A DNA stretch of 64,000 bases, taken from positions 87,380 through 151,379 of the forward strand of contig CAKOSH010000002.1 of NCBI GenBank assembly GCA_934102215.1. The letters run 5' to 3'. The notes under the pieces are model-generated. The model had not been told where the DNA came from. It worked only from the letters and a program-made list of their open reading frames with translations, and made no database searches. The position numbers and the translations under genes were made by a program. This stretch comes from an uncultured Bacilli bacterium. Its GTDB lineage: Bacteria; Bacillota_I; Bacilli_A; RF39; UBA660. This document shows positions 19,425 to 28,911 of this stretch, piece by piece. How positions within the stretch are numbered: position 1 is the stretch's first letter; every line of letters starts with the position of its first letter.

Positions 19425-19860
19425 AAACTATTATTAGTGAAGCACCTGACCCCTGTAGGCTAGGTATCACACTAATTGTGTTTGAACCTAACTACAAAGT
19501 GAGTTAGGTGATTTTTTTAATCTATGAAGATTAAAGAAATTATTATAAAAAGTAATATGAATATAATAACAAGTAAAAAACTTATTAAAAAATCTTTCTT
19601 ACTCATATAATATCACCTCCTTATTAGAAAAATAATGGAAGTGACACCTAGCCTCAAGTGCTTCGATATGTAGAGTAGCATATATATATAAGTAATGCAA
19701 ATAGGTAAAATTTAATTTTGAGATAGTTTTTCATATTGAAAATTCAATTATTCCCTAGGCGAAAATTTAATTATGAATTATATTTTAGTATGCAAAATTC
19801 AATTTTAAGTAAATTTCAAAAAAATTTATCAATCATATAAAACAAAATGCGAATAGTTTC
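19425..19860 (-). other. Conserved structured element, copy 1: upstream repeats, 5' stem, SD, 29-aa hydrophobic peptide ORF, 3' hairpin and 3' stem. Type I toxin-antitoxin-like
   Basis: Reverse-complement homolog of 61665-62070. 5' stem GGCTAGGTGTCAC (RC of 19641-19653) pairs with 3' GTGATACCTAGCC (RC of 19458-19470). Hairpin ACCTAACT-N8-AGTTAGGT at 19486-19509. Four AAAATT(C/T)AATTTT-type repeats at 19706-19805. Confidence 0.5.
19517..19606 (-). CDS. Small hydrophobic membrane peptide (29 aa), putative type I toxin-like
   Basis: Minus-strand translation gives MSKKDFLISFLLVIIFILLFIIISLIFID, preceded by AAGGAGGTGA. A paralog lies at 61891-61977. Absent from the ORF track because it is below the size cut-off. 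Confidence 0.5.
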   Translation of the reverse strand: MSKKDFLISFLLVIIFILLFIIISLIFID

Positions 19861-19901
19861 ATCTTCTATAATAAATTTCAATCATAAACATATACTTTAC
19901 T

Positions 19902-20132
19902 ATGATAAAAGATATTATTAAGAATAATAAATATTGTATAAGTATAGAAGATAATTTAATATGTATAAAGAATTACATAAGAATTATAGATATAAGTGAA
20001 TCATATATAAAAATTAAATTAAATAATAAAATAATTAAGATTAAAGGGAATAATATGGTTATTAATAGATTAGATGAATGTGATTTATCTATTAAAGGCA
20101 TATTTAATAATATAGAATTTACTCTTGAATAA
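19902..20132 (+). CDS. yqfC: Sporulation protein YqfC-like
   Basis: 76 aa. Pattern NLICIKNYIRII...IKIKGNNMVINRLDE...LSIKGIFNNIEF matches the YqfC family. Sits upstream of yqfD. Confidence 0.6.
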   Translation: MIKDIIKNNKYCISIEDNLICIKNYIRIIDISESYIKIKLNNKIIKIKGNNMVINRLDECDLSIKGIFNNIEFTLE

Positions 20133-21276
20133 AGTAAGAATAGTTGTAAATGAAAATAGTAATAAATTTCTAAATTATTTAATTTATAATAAAATATATT
20201 ATGATTCACTTAATAAATATAATGAATATTTTGTACTAGATGTATCATATGATGATTATTTATATATAAGACGTAGATATAAATGTCATATAGTAAAATA
20301 CTATGGTAAAAAGAATATAGTTAACATATATGAAAATAATAAATATGTATTGTTATCTTTGATAATATCTTTCATGTTACTTTTTTTATTATGTAATACA
20401 ATATTTGATATTAAGATAAATAGTGATGATAAAGATATTGTTAGTATAATAAATGATAGTTTAAAAGATAATGGTATTGATGTATATAAAAGAAAAGTAT
20501 CTTTTAATAAGTTAAATAGTATTAAAAATAAAATACTTGAAGATAATAAAGATACATTGGAATGGATAGAAATAAGAGAGAAAGGATGTATATATTATAT
20601 AGATGTTACTCCTCGTGTTAAATCAAATAATAATGTAGATAATACTTCTCCAAGTGATATAGTAGCTGAAAAAGATGGTGTTATTAAACATATAGTAGTA
20701 CACCGTGGTAGTAAAGTTATTGATAATGGAGATTATGTTAAAAAAGGAGATGTATTAATAAGTGGAAATATCATTAAGAATGAAAATGTTATTGATAAAG
20801 TACATAGTGAAGGAGTAATTTATGCTGAAACATGGAAAACAGTTAATATAAGTATTCCATTTAAAAGAATAGATTATGTATATAAGAAGACTATTAATCA
20901 TTATTATTTAGATATATTTGGTCATGAATTTACTATAAGTGGTAAATATGATAGTGATAAGACAATAAATAAGAAAAGTATAGTTCTTGATAAGCCTTAT
21001 TTATTCTTTAAATTGTATAAAGAAGAAAAGAAAATATATGACTATAATGAGGTTATTTTAAACGAAGAGGAAGCATATACTGAAGCCTTAAATAGAAGTG
21101 TTGATGTTATTAATAAGAAACTCTCTAGTGATGAATATATTATTTCAAAAAAAGTTTTGAAAAAAGAGGTAAAACGTAGTAAAATAAATTTAGAAGTATT
21201 TTTTAAAGTTTATGAGAAAATAGGGGTTACTTCTGAAATACAAGATATGGGAGAAGAGAATGGAGAGTACAATTAG
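20125..21276 (+). CDS. yqfD: Stage IV sporulation protein YqfD-like
   Basis: 383 aa with a single TM near residue 75 and the YqfD-like architecture. Conserved operon context yqfC-yqfD-...-ybeY-dgkA-cdd-era-recO. Confidence 0.7.
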   Translation: MNKVRIVVNENSNKFLNYLIYNKIYYDSLNKYNEYFVLDVSYDDYLYIRRRYKCHIVKYYGKKNIVNIYENNKYVLLSLIISFMLLFLLCNTIFDIKINSDDKDIVSIINDSLKDNGIDVYKRKVSFNKLNSIKNKILEDNKDTLEWIEIREKGCIYYIDVTPRVKSNNNVDNTSPSDIVAEKDGVIKHIVVHRGSKVIDNGDYVKKGDVLISGNIIKNENVIDKVHSEGVIYAETWKTVNISIPFKRIDYVYKKTINHYYLDIFGHEFTISGKYDSDKTINKKSIVLDKPYLFFKLYKEEKKIYDYNEVILNEEEAYTEALNRSVDVINKKLSSDEYIISKKVLKKEVKRSKINLEVFFKVYEKIGVTSEIQDMGEENGEYN

Positions 21277-21859
21277 AAGTGTTATTAAAATGTCATTACC
21301 AACTCTAGTAATAGTTTTAATTATTGTTATTATATTAAGAGTTACACGTATATTAAAAAGTGATAAAAGTAAATTTGTTTTACATGAAGAAATATTTAAT
21401 TTATTATTTCTTGCATATTTGGTTATGTTGTTCCAGTTAGTTACTAGTCAAGATTTACCTGGTGGTGGAACTAATTTAATGCCATTTAGAGAAATAATGA
21501 GATATCCAGTAGGTAGTAATAGTTTTTATAAACAAGTTGTTGGTAATATTGTTTTATTTATACCTCTTGGTTATTTTGCGACAAGTTATGCGAATATTAA
21601 AGGACTTGGTACAATTACTCTTGTATCTCTTTTATCAAGTTTAACTATTGAAAGTGTACAACATTATATAGGTAGAAGTTTTGATATAGATGATATTATT
21701 TTAAATATAGTTGGTGGTATTATAGGTTTCTTACTTTACACTGCACTTAACGCTATTAGAAATAATATGCCTAAATTTTTAAGAAGAGATTGGTTTTTAA
21801 ATATAATTAGTGTTATAATATTAGTTCTTATAGGTTTATATATTTATAAGATTATGTAG
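21260..21859 (+). CDS. VanZ-like family membrane protein
   Basis: 199 aa with 4-5 TM segments. Occupies the slot where phoH usually sits in this operon. Confidence 0.45.
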   Translation: MESTIRSVIKMSLPTLVIVLIIVIILRVTRILKSDKSKFVLHEEIFNLLFLAYLVMLFQLVTSQDLPGGGTNLMPFREIMRYPVGSNSFYKQVVGNIVLFIPLGYFATSYANIKGLGTITLVSLLSSLTIESVQHYIGRSFDIDDIILNIVGGIIGFLLYTALNAIRNNMPKFLRRDWFLNIISVIILVLIGLYIYKIM

Positions 21860-21864
21860 TAGGA

Positions 21865-22314
21865 GTGTGTATGGAAGATTATATAATTAATACAACAAGT
21901 CATGAAGATATTGATATAAGTGAACTTGATAAAGTTATTAGATTTGCATGTAAGCATATGAAAGTAAATAATCCTATGCTTAATATAGTTATTGTTGATA
22001 AAGATAGAATACAACAAATAAATAAAGAATATAGAGATAAAGATGCTGTTACTGATGTTATATCTTTTGCTTTTGAAGAAGTAGATGATGTAGAATATGA
22101 TAACATAAGATTTCTTGGTGAAATATATATTTGTTATGATAGATGTGTAGAACAAGCAAGTGAATATGGTCATAGTATTAAACGTGAGTTTTGCTATTTA
22201 GCAGTTCATGGTTTATTACATTTACTTGGATATGATCATATGAATGAAGAAGACAAGAAAGTTATGAGAGCAAAAGAGGAGGAGATTCTAGGTGAATATG
22301 ATATCACGAGATGA
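21865..22314 (+). CDS. ybeY: rRNA maturation endoribonuclease YbeY
   Basis: HGLLHLLGYDH zinc-binding motif. 149 aa. Confidence 0.85.
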   Translation: MCMEDYIINTTSHEDIDISELDKVIRFACKHMKVNNPMLNIVIVDKDRIQQINKEYRDKDAVTDVISFAFEEVDDVEYDNIRFLGEIYICYDRCVEQASEYGHSIKREFCYLAVHGLLHLLGYDHMNEEDKKVMRAKEEEILGEYDITR

Positions 22315-22690
22315 AAGAAAAGCTCAAAAGGGTATAAAGAAATTCTTTCATAGTTTTACTTATCCAATTAAAGGACTTAGATATGCTTATAGAAACGAAC
22401 AAAATTTAGCATTTGATATAGGAATGGCTCTTGTTGTATCAATACTTGCTTTTGTATTTGAATTAGGTCGTACAGAGTGGGCAATACTTTTACTTACCAT
22501 GGGACTTGTTATTTCTTGCGAACTTATTAATACAGCAATAGAGGCTACAGTTGATCTTATTACTGAAGAATATCATCCACTTGCGAAAGTTGCTAAAGAT
22601 ACAGCAGCTGCAGCAGTATTTGTATTTGCAATAGTTGCTGTTTTAGTTGGAATAATTATATTTGTACCAAAAGTAATAGCGTTATTTTAA
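22292..22690 (+). CDS. dgkA: Diacylglycerol/undecaprenol kinase DgkA
   Basis: 132 aa with 3 TM segments and the ELINTAIE motif. Confidence 0.75.
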   Translation: MNMISRDERKAQKGIKKFFHSFTYPIKGLRYAYRNEQNLAFDIGMALVVSILAFVFELGRTEWAILLLTMGLVISCELINTAIEATVDLITEEYHPLAKVAKDTAAAAVFVFAIVAVLVGIIIFVPKVIALF

Positions 22691-22698
22691 GGAGGAAA

Positions 22699-23079
22699 AT
22701 GAAAGATAAATTATTAAAATTATTAGAAAATAGTTATGCACCTTATTCAAATATGCATTTTGCTTGTATAGTTGAAACAAAGAGTGGTAACTTTTATGAA
22801 GGTGTTAATATAGAAAATGCTTCATTCGGTGGAACTATATGTGCTGAGAGAAATGCAATTAACAATGCAGTTAGTCATGGAGAAAGAGAATTTAAAGCAC
22901 TATATTTAATGACAAGTAGTGATGAAATATGTTATCCATGTAATATATGTAAACAAACATTTTTAGAATTTTTTGATAAAGATGTTATGTTTAATATAAT
23001 GACTCATGATGGTAAAATGGAAGTAATGAGTTTTGAAAAACTAATGAGTACTACATTTACCAAGGAGGATTTAGTATGA
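22699..23079 (+). CDS. cdd: Cytidine deaminase
   Basis: CAERNAI and CYPCNICKQ zinc-ligand motifs. 126 aa. Confidence 0.8.
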   Translation: MKDKLLKLLENSYAPYSNMHFACIVETKSGNFYEGVNIENASFGGTICAERNAINNAVSHGEREFKALYLMTSSDEICYPCNICKQTFLEFFDKDVMFNIMTHDGKMEVMSFEKLMSTTFTKEDLV

Positions 23080-23963
23080 AAAGTGGTTTTGTAAGTTTAA
23101 TTGGTAGACCTAATACAGGAAAAAGTACATTATTAAATCAAATCATAAAAGAAAAGGTAGCAATTATTAGTCCAAAGCCACAAACAACTAGAAATCTAGT
23201 TGAGGGAATATATAATGAAGATGATACTCAAATTATATTTGTAGATACTCCAGGTATACATAAACCAATAGATAAGCTCGGAGTAGCACTTAATAATCAA
23301 GCATATTATTCAATTAATGATGTTGATATATTACTTTTAGTAGTGGATGCAAGTGTTCCATATGGAAAAGGAGATCAATTCATTATTGATAAACTATCTA
23401 GTGTTAAAAAGCCAGTATTCTTAATACTTAATAAAATTGATAAATTAAGTGATGAAGAAATTCTTAAGAAAATAGATGAATATAAGAATTTATATGAATT
23501 TGCTGAAATAATACCAGTATCAGCACTTAAAAATGATAATATTGATAGATTAATTAAAGTATTAAAAGAATATTTACCTGATAATGTTAAATATTTTATG
23601 GATGGTGAAACAACAACTGCTGAAATGGAATTTAGATTATCAGAAATAGTAAGAGAAAAAATATTTATACACACTAATGATGAAGTACCACATTCAATAT
23701 CGTGTAAATTAGTTGGTTATGAAGAAAAGAATAATATTGCTAAAATATATATAGATATTATAGTAGATAGAGATTCACTTCGTAAAATAATAATTGGAAG
23801 TAATGGCAGTATGATTAAAACAATAGGTCATGAAGCAAGACTTGATATGGAAGAATTACTTGGTATGAAAGTATATCTTGAACTTTATTGTAAGACTATT
23901 AAAAAGTGGAGAGAAAAAGAAAAATTCATAAAAGATTTAGGTTATTTAATAAAAAATGATTAA
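23076..23963 (+). CDS. era: GTPase Era
   Basis: GRPNTGKSTL G1 motif, DTPG, NKID and a C-terminal KH domain. 295 aa. Confidence 0.9.
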   Translation: MKSGFVSLIGRPNTGKSTLLNQIIKEKVAIISPKPQTTRNLVEGIYNEDDTQIIFVDTPGIHKPIDKLGVALNNQAYYSINDVDILLLVVDASVPYGKGDQFIIDKLSSVKKPVFLILNKIDKLSDEEILKKIDEYKNLYEFAEIIPVSALKNDNIDRLIKVLKEYLPDNVKYFMDGETTTAEMEFRLSEIVREKIFIHTNDEVPHSISCKLVGYEEKNNIAKIYIDIIVDRDSLRKIIIGSNGSMIKTIGHEARLDMEELLGMKVYLELYCKTIKKWREKEKFIKDLGYLIKND

Positions 23964-24017
23964 TTATTGAATAAATATTTTATTTTTCCTGCAATATAAT
24001 ATTGTAAGGAGAGATAT

Positions 24018-24098
24018 ATGAATAAAAAGGATGCTTGGAATAAGTTTAAAGAGACTGGTAAGATAGAATATTATTTAGAATATAAGAAAGGAAAATAA
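24018..24098 (+). CDS. yqzL: YqzL-like small protein (26 aa), not in the ORF track
   Basis: MNKKDAWNKFKETGKIEYYLEYKKGK behind an AAGGAGAG RBS. YqzL-family pattern (W.F..TG.I..YL.YK) at the conserved era-yqzL-recO position. Followed by a terminator hairpin at 24099-24127. Confidence 0.5.
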   Translation: MNKKDAWNKFKETGKIEYYLEYKKGK

Positions 24099-24132
24099 AG
24101 CATAAAGTAATCTTTATGCTTTTAAAGTAAGT

Positions 24133-24858
24133 ATGAAGATAATTAGTACAGATGGTATTGTAGTAAGTAGTATTCCTTTTAAGGAAAGCAGTAGAATAAT
24201 AAATATTCTTACTAAGGATATGGGAATAGTAGGTTGTATTGTTAAAGGATGTAAAAGTTTAAAAAGTAAATTAAGACTTCCTAGTGAAAAGTTTGCTTAT
24301 GGTACATTTCATTTCTATTATAAAGAAAATGGTCTTTCTACTTTAATAGAAGCTGATATTAAGAATTATTTTATTAATATTAAAAGTGATATTGTTAAGA
24401 TTAGTTATATGTCTTATTTATGTGAACTTGCGACTAATGTATATAAAGAATCTAATAATAGTGAAGTATATGATATTCTTATAAGCGCTTTATTAAAGAT
24501 AGAAGATAATTTTGATCCTAAGATTATTACTAATATAGTAGAAATACAATATTTAAATTATATAGGAATAAGTTTATGTTTAGATTCATGTGTTAATTGT
24601 GGTAGTACAAAAGTAGTAACTTTAAGTACAAGTAGAGGTGGATATTTATGTTCTAATTGTAGGCAAAGTGAACCTATATTAGATGGAAAGATTTTAAAAT
24701 TATTAAGACTTTATAATTATGTAGATATTTCTAAAATAAGTAATTTAGATATAGATAGTGAAGTAAGTAATGCGATTGATAGAATAATCAGTGAGTATTA
24801 TGAAGACTATAGTGGGGTAAGTACAAAAAGTAAGAAATTTTTGAAAGAAATAGAATAA
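24133..24858 (+). CDS. recO: DNA repair protein RecO
   Basis: 241 aa. OB-fold N-terminus and a C4 zinc motif (CVNCGS...CSNCRQ). Conserved position after era. Confidence 0.8.
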   Translation: MKIISTDGIVVSSIPFKESSRIINILTKDMGIVGCIVKGCKSLKSKLRLPSEKFAYGTFHFYYKENGLSTLIEADIKNYFINIKSDIVKISYMSYLCELATNVYKESNNSEVYDILISALLKIEDNFDPKIITNIVEIQYLNYIGISLCLDSCVNCGSTKVVTLSTSRGGYLCSNCRQSEPILDGKILKLLRLYNYVDISKISNLDIDSEVSNAIDRIISEYYEDYSGVSTKSKKFLKEIE

Positions 24859-24869
24859 CATTATTTATA

Positions 24870-24900
24870 AAAAATCATTTGACTTTTCAAATGATTTTTT
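24870..24900 (+). terminator. Rho-independent terminator (AAAAATCATTTGA-CTTT-TCAAATGATTTTTT)
   Basis: Perfect inverted repeat plus a T-tract after recO. Confidence 0.6.
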
Positions 24901-24913
24901 TGTGAAATTTTAT

Positions 24914-24942
24914 TTGACATATTACAACAAAACAAATATAAT
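24914..24942 (+). promoter_or_regulatory. Consensus sigmaA promoter TTGACA-N17-TATAAT for the glycan cluster
   Basis: TTGACA at 24914-24919, a 17-nt spacer, then TATAAT at 24937-24942. Lies 40 bp upstream of the first cluster gene. Confidence 0.5.
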
Positions 24943-24982
24943 ATAGTTAGTTTTTGAAGGGTTGACTTAAAGTGGGGTAGAG

Positions 24983-25606
24983 ATGTATTTAAGAATAAAA
25001 TATTTTTTTGATAAGATAATTGCATTTTTGCTGGTAATAATATTTTTACCTTTTCTATTTATTATTATGCTATTAATTAGATTTGGGGATAGTGGTTCTG
25101 CTTTCTATTTTCAAAAAAGAGTTGGTCAACATGGAAAGGTATTTAAAATAATCAAATTTAGAACTATGAAGAATGATTCTGAAAATCTATTGCTCACAAT
25201 GTTAAAAGATAATAAGATAAGAAATGAATGGTATGAAAATTATAAATTAAAAGAAGATCCAAGAGTTACTAAAATAGGAAAAGTTTTACGCTATTATTCA
25301 CTGGATGAATTACCTCAATTAATTAATGTATTAAAAGGAGATATGTCAATTATTGGGCCAAGACCGGTTGTAATTGATGAATTACAAAAATATGGAAAAT
25401 ATAAGCAAACTATTTTGAAATTAAAGCCAGGTATAACTGGATGGTGGGCTTGTAATGCAACGCCATTTACAACTTACAATGAGAGAATACAATTAGAATA
25501 TTATTATGCAAAAAATGTTTCTTTTCATTTAGATATAAAATGTTTTGCTAGAACAGTTTATACTTTGGTTTTTCAAAGAAAAAATAAAGATAGGAGTAAA
25601 ATATGA
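24983..25606 (+). CDS. Initiating sugar phosphotransferase (bacterial sugar transferase family, PglC/WbaP C-terminal-domain type)
   Basis: 207 aa. N-terminal TM, then KPGITGWWACN and a DELPQLINVLKGDMSIIGPRP motif. Confidence 0.75.
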   Translation: MYLRIKYFFDKIIAFLLVIIFLPFLFIIMLLIRFGDSGSAFYFQKRVGQHGKVFKIIKFRTMKNDSENLLLTMLKDNKIRNEWYENYKLKEDPRVTKIGKVLRYYSLDELPQLINVLKGDMSIIGPRPVVIDELQKYGKYKQTILKLKPGITGWWACNATPFTTYNERIQLEYYYAKNVSFHLDIKCFARTVYTLVFQRKNKDRSKI

Positions 25607-26631
25607 AAGTTTTAATAATGTGTGGTGGAACTGGAAAACGTTTATGGCCAAAGTCTTGTGTAGAAAAGCCTAAACAATTCCAAGCAGTGTTAGATGATAA
25701 AACTATGTTGCAACATACTTACGAAAGAATGCGCAAGTATGTTAGTAAGGATGACATATATTTTTCAACGACTGATGAATATTCAAAATATATATTTGAC
25801 CAAATTATTGAAGTTAATACAAAAAATATTGTTATTGAACCTGTATCAAAAAATACTGCTCCAAGTATTTTGTTATCAGTTTTGTATATATATAATCAGA
25901 TAAAGTCTAATTTTAATTTGATTGTTGTACCATCAGATCATTTAATATTAAATGAATCCGAATTTATAAAGAAACTAGAAAAAGCTGATGGAGAATTAAA
26001 TCAAAATAAAGATAGAATATTGACATTCGGTATTATCCCTAATAGAATTGAAACTGGTTATGGTTATATTAATATCGATATGGACAAGTGCGATAATTAT
26101 GGCTTTTTTAAAGCAAATACATTTGTAGAAAAGCCAAATTATGAGCTTGCTAAGAAGTATTATGATTCAAAAAAGTACCTATGGAATAGTGGAATCTATA
26201 TTTTTAATTCAAATTTTATATTAAACGAATTTAAAAAAAATAACAAAAAGGATTTTGATATAATCAATAATATTGTTAACAATACTACTGACACACAAAA
26301 AGAATATAATAAGTGTGAAAATATTTCTATTGATTATGCAATAATGGAAAAATCAAATGATATATATGTTATGCCAGTTGATTTTCAATGGGATGATTTG
26401 GGAACATGGTGTTCATTAAAAAAATATTTACTTGATGAAGATAAAAAAAATTATAGGCGTGGTAATGTGACTTTTAATAAGTGTATTAACAATTTTGTTT
26501 ATAGCGATGATAAAGAAATAATAATTAATGATTTAGATGATATATACTGTATAAATTGTAATGGTAAAATAATTGTTGGAAAGGTTGATAAATTATCTGA
26601 CGTTTATTTGCTAAAGGAGAATGAAAAATGA
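25603..26631 (+). CDS. Mannose-1-phosphate guanylyltransferase-like nucleotidyltransferase
   Basis: VLIMCGGTGKRLWP...PKQF N-terminus typical of ManC/GDP-mannose pyrophosphorylase. 342 aa. Confidence 0.65.
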   Translation: MKVLIMCGGTGKRLWPKSCVEKPKQFQAVLDDKTMLQHTYERMRKYVSKDDIYFSTTDEYSKYIFDQIIEVNTKNIVIEPVSKNTAPSILLSVLYIYNQIKSNFNLIVVPSDHLILNESEFIKKLEKADGELNQNKDRILTFGIIPNRIETGYGYINIDMDKCDNYGFFKANTFVEKPNYELAKKYYDSKKYLWNSGIYIFNSNFILNEFKKNNKKDFDIINNIVNNTTDTQKEYNKCENISIDYAIMEKSNDIYVMPVDFQWDDLGTWCSLKKYLLDEDKKNYRRGNVTFNKCINNFVYSDDKEIIINDLDDIYCINCNGKIIVGKVDKLSDVYLLKENEK

Positions 26632-27794
26632 AAATTCTATATTTAACAAAATTTTTGCCTTATCCAGCATATGGTGGTGGCCTAAAAAGAAACTTAGCAT
26701 GGATTAATTTTTTTAAAAAGAGAGTTGAAATTGATGTGCTTGGTTTTTATAATGAACAAATCAATAATAAAACATATTTTGATTATAATGATAACTTAAA
26801 AATTAATTATATTAAATTTAAAAAAAATCTTGTTAAAGCTGGGTTAATGAGTATTGCTCATGGTAGTTCATTAATAAATAGTCAATACTATTCTAAACAA
26901 ATGGAAAATAAAATTAAAGAACTTATAAAAAATAATAACTATGATTATGTTTTTATTTCTGAAATTGCTATGGCACAATATGCTAAATTTACGGGTAATA
27001 TACCAATTTTATATGATGATCATAATGTTGAATATGAACTTATAAATAGAACGTCAAAATTTTCTAAATTTCCAATAAATATTTTTTTGAAATTGGAAAG
27101 TAAAAAAATAATGAAAGAGGAAACTAAAATTCTTACTAACTCTTATAAAAATTTTTTTGTTAGTGATAGGGATTTGAATTTTTTCGATAGTAAAATTAAA
27201 GATAAAAGTATTGTTGTTAATAATTCATTTGATGATAGATATGATATAAATAGTGAAATGAGTGACATGCCAACCTTAATATTTGTAGGTAATTTATCAT
27301 GGAAACCTAATAAGCATGGATTATTGCATTTCATAAATAATGTTTATTTAAAATTATATGAGAAAAATAAAAAAATTAAATTTAATATTGTTGGTTCTTG
27401 TTTGCCAAAAGAAATAGCTAATTTTAATAATAAGTATAATATAAGTATTTATGAGAATGCAACTGAACAGGAAAAAGATAAATTAATTAATGAATCTTGG
27501 ATTACAATTGTTCCAGTGTATTTTGGTAGTGGAACTAGAATAAAAATACTAGAATATTGGTCACATGGAAAAACTGTATTAAGTACTTCAATTGGTGCTG
27601 AGGGATTAGAAAGTTCAAAAGGAACATTTATCATTGATACAGATGACGAACAAATTAATAGTTTTCAAAAATTATTACTTTCTAAAGAAAAACTAAAAGA
27701 ATTTGGTAAATATAATTATAAAATATTTAAAGAAAATTATTGTGAGGAGGTTATATATGAAAATACTTTATATAAGTCCATCTTTACCAAATGA
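26628..27794 (+). CDS. Glycosyltransferase, GT-B fold (GT1/GT4-like)
   Basis: 388 aa. C-terminal GT1 motif region (EYWSHGKTVLSTSIGAEG). Confidence 0.6.
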   Translation: MKILYLTKFLPYPAYGGGLKRNLAWINFFKKRVEIDVLGFYNEQINNKTYFDYNDNLKINYIKFKKNLVKAGLMSIAHGSSLINSQYYSKQMENKIKELIKNNNYDYVFISEIAMAQYAKFTGNIPILYDDHNVEYELINRTSKFSKFPINIFLKLESKKIMKEETKILTNSYKNFFVSDRDLNFFDSKIKDKSIVVNNSFDDRYDINSEMSDMPTLIFVGNLSWKPNKHGLLHFINNVYLKLYEKNKKIKFNIVGSCLPKEIANFNNKYNISIYENATEQEKDKLINESWITIVPVYFGSGTRIKILEYWSHGKTVLSTSIGAEGLESSKGTFIIDTDDEQINSFQKLLLSKEKLKEFGKYNYKIFKENYCEEVIYENTLYKSIFTK

Positions 27795-28911
27795 TTTTTC
27801 AAGAATTAGAACTAAAAATATAATAAATTCACTATTAAATGATGGTAATTCTGTGAGTCTTGTTTCATTAACAACTGAAAAAGATTATAAATTACGTGAT
27901 GAAAATTTATTAAAAAAATTGAATGATGTAAAAATATTTAAGCAAAGTAAATTAACTTCAATATTAAATTGCTTTTTAAATCTATTTTTGCCTATTTCAC
28001 TGCAAGAAGCTTATGTTAATAACAGAAAACTTCATAAATATTTAAAAAAATGCAACAAGGAATATGATTTGATTTATATCAAAAGGTTAAGAATGGCTCA
28101 ATATGCAAAATATTTTGATGATAAAAAGGTTATTATTGATTTAACAGATTCATTAACTAAATATTATGAGAGAGTTTCTAAAAAAGTAAATGGATTAAAA
28201 AAGATTTTAAACTTAGAAGAATATTTTAAACACAAAATTAATGAAAAAAGAGTTGTAAATAAGTATAAATCAGTAGTTTGTTCAAATGAAGAAAAAAAAT
28301 ATTTGATAAATAAGTTAGGTTGCAATGTTAATAATATTTATGTTGTTGAAAATTTAATAGATTTTGATTTATGGGATGTGTCATTTAATATTAAAAAGTT
28401 AAAAGAAAAAAATAAGTTGGTTTTTTCTGGAATGATGGATTATGATCCTAATATTATTGCAGTAAATTATTTTGCTAAAAATGTGTTGGATAAATTGGAT
28501 AGTAAATATGAGCTGTATGTAATTGGAAAAAATAAATCAAAAGAATTAATTAGTAATAAAAAAATTAAATACATTGGATACGTTGAAAGTATGCGAGATG
28601 AATTAAGTAAATACGATATTTATGTGTGCCCAATAATAGCTGGTTCAGGTGTTAAAAATAAGATTTTACAAGCTATGTCAGTGGGTTTACCTATAGTTTC
28701 AACGAAATTAGGAGTTGAAGGTTTGAATAAAGAATGTAAAAAAAATATATATGTAGTAAATGACAATTTTGATTTTTTAAATGCCATCGATAAAATAAAT
28801 AATTTGTCAGATTTAGAATTTGAGAAATTAATTAAGGAACAAAAAGACTGCATAAAGAAAAGTTATGATATATCAGTTGCAGCGAAAAAAATACGAGGTA
28901 TTATGAAATGA
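27758..28911 (+). CDS. Glycosyltransferase, GT-B fold (GT1/GT4-like)
   Basis: C-terminal KILQAMSVGLPIVSTKLGVEG motif. Start placed at the ATG at 27758 (MKILYISPS), inside the longer track ORF. Confidence 0.6.

Noticed and set aside
21844-22173. 109-aa minus-strand ORF spanning ybeY
   Set aside because: It overlaps the well-supported ybeY gene, whose HGLLHLLGYDH motif is intact, on the opposite strand. The translation is AT-biased (I/Y/F/N).
25694-25903. 69-aa + strand ORF inside the nucleotidyltransferase gene
   Set aside because: It is an alternate frame within 25603-26631, which has a clear ManC-like N-terminus.
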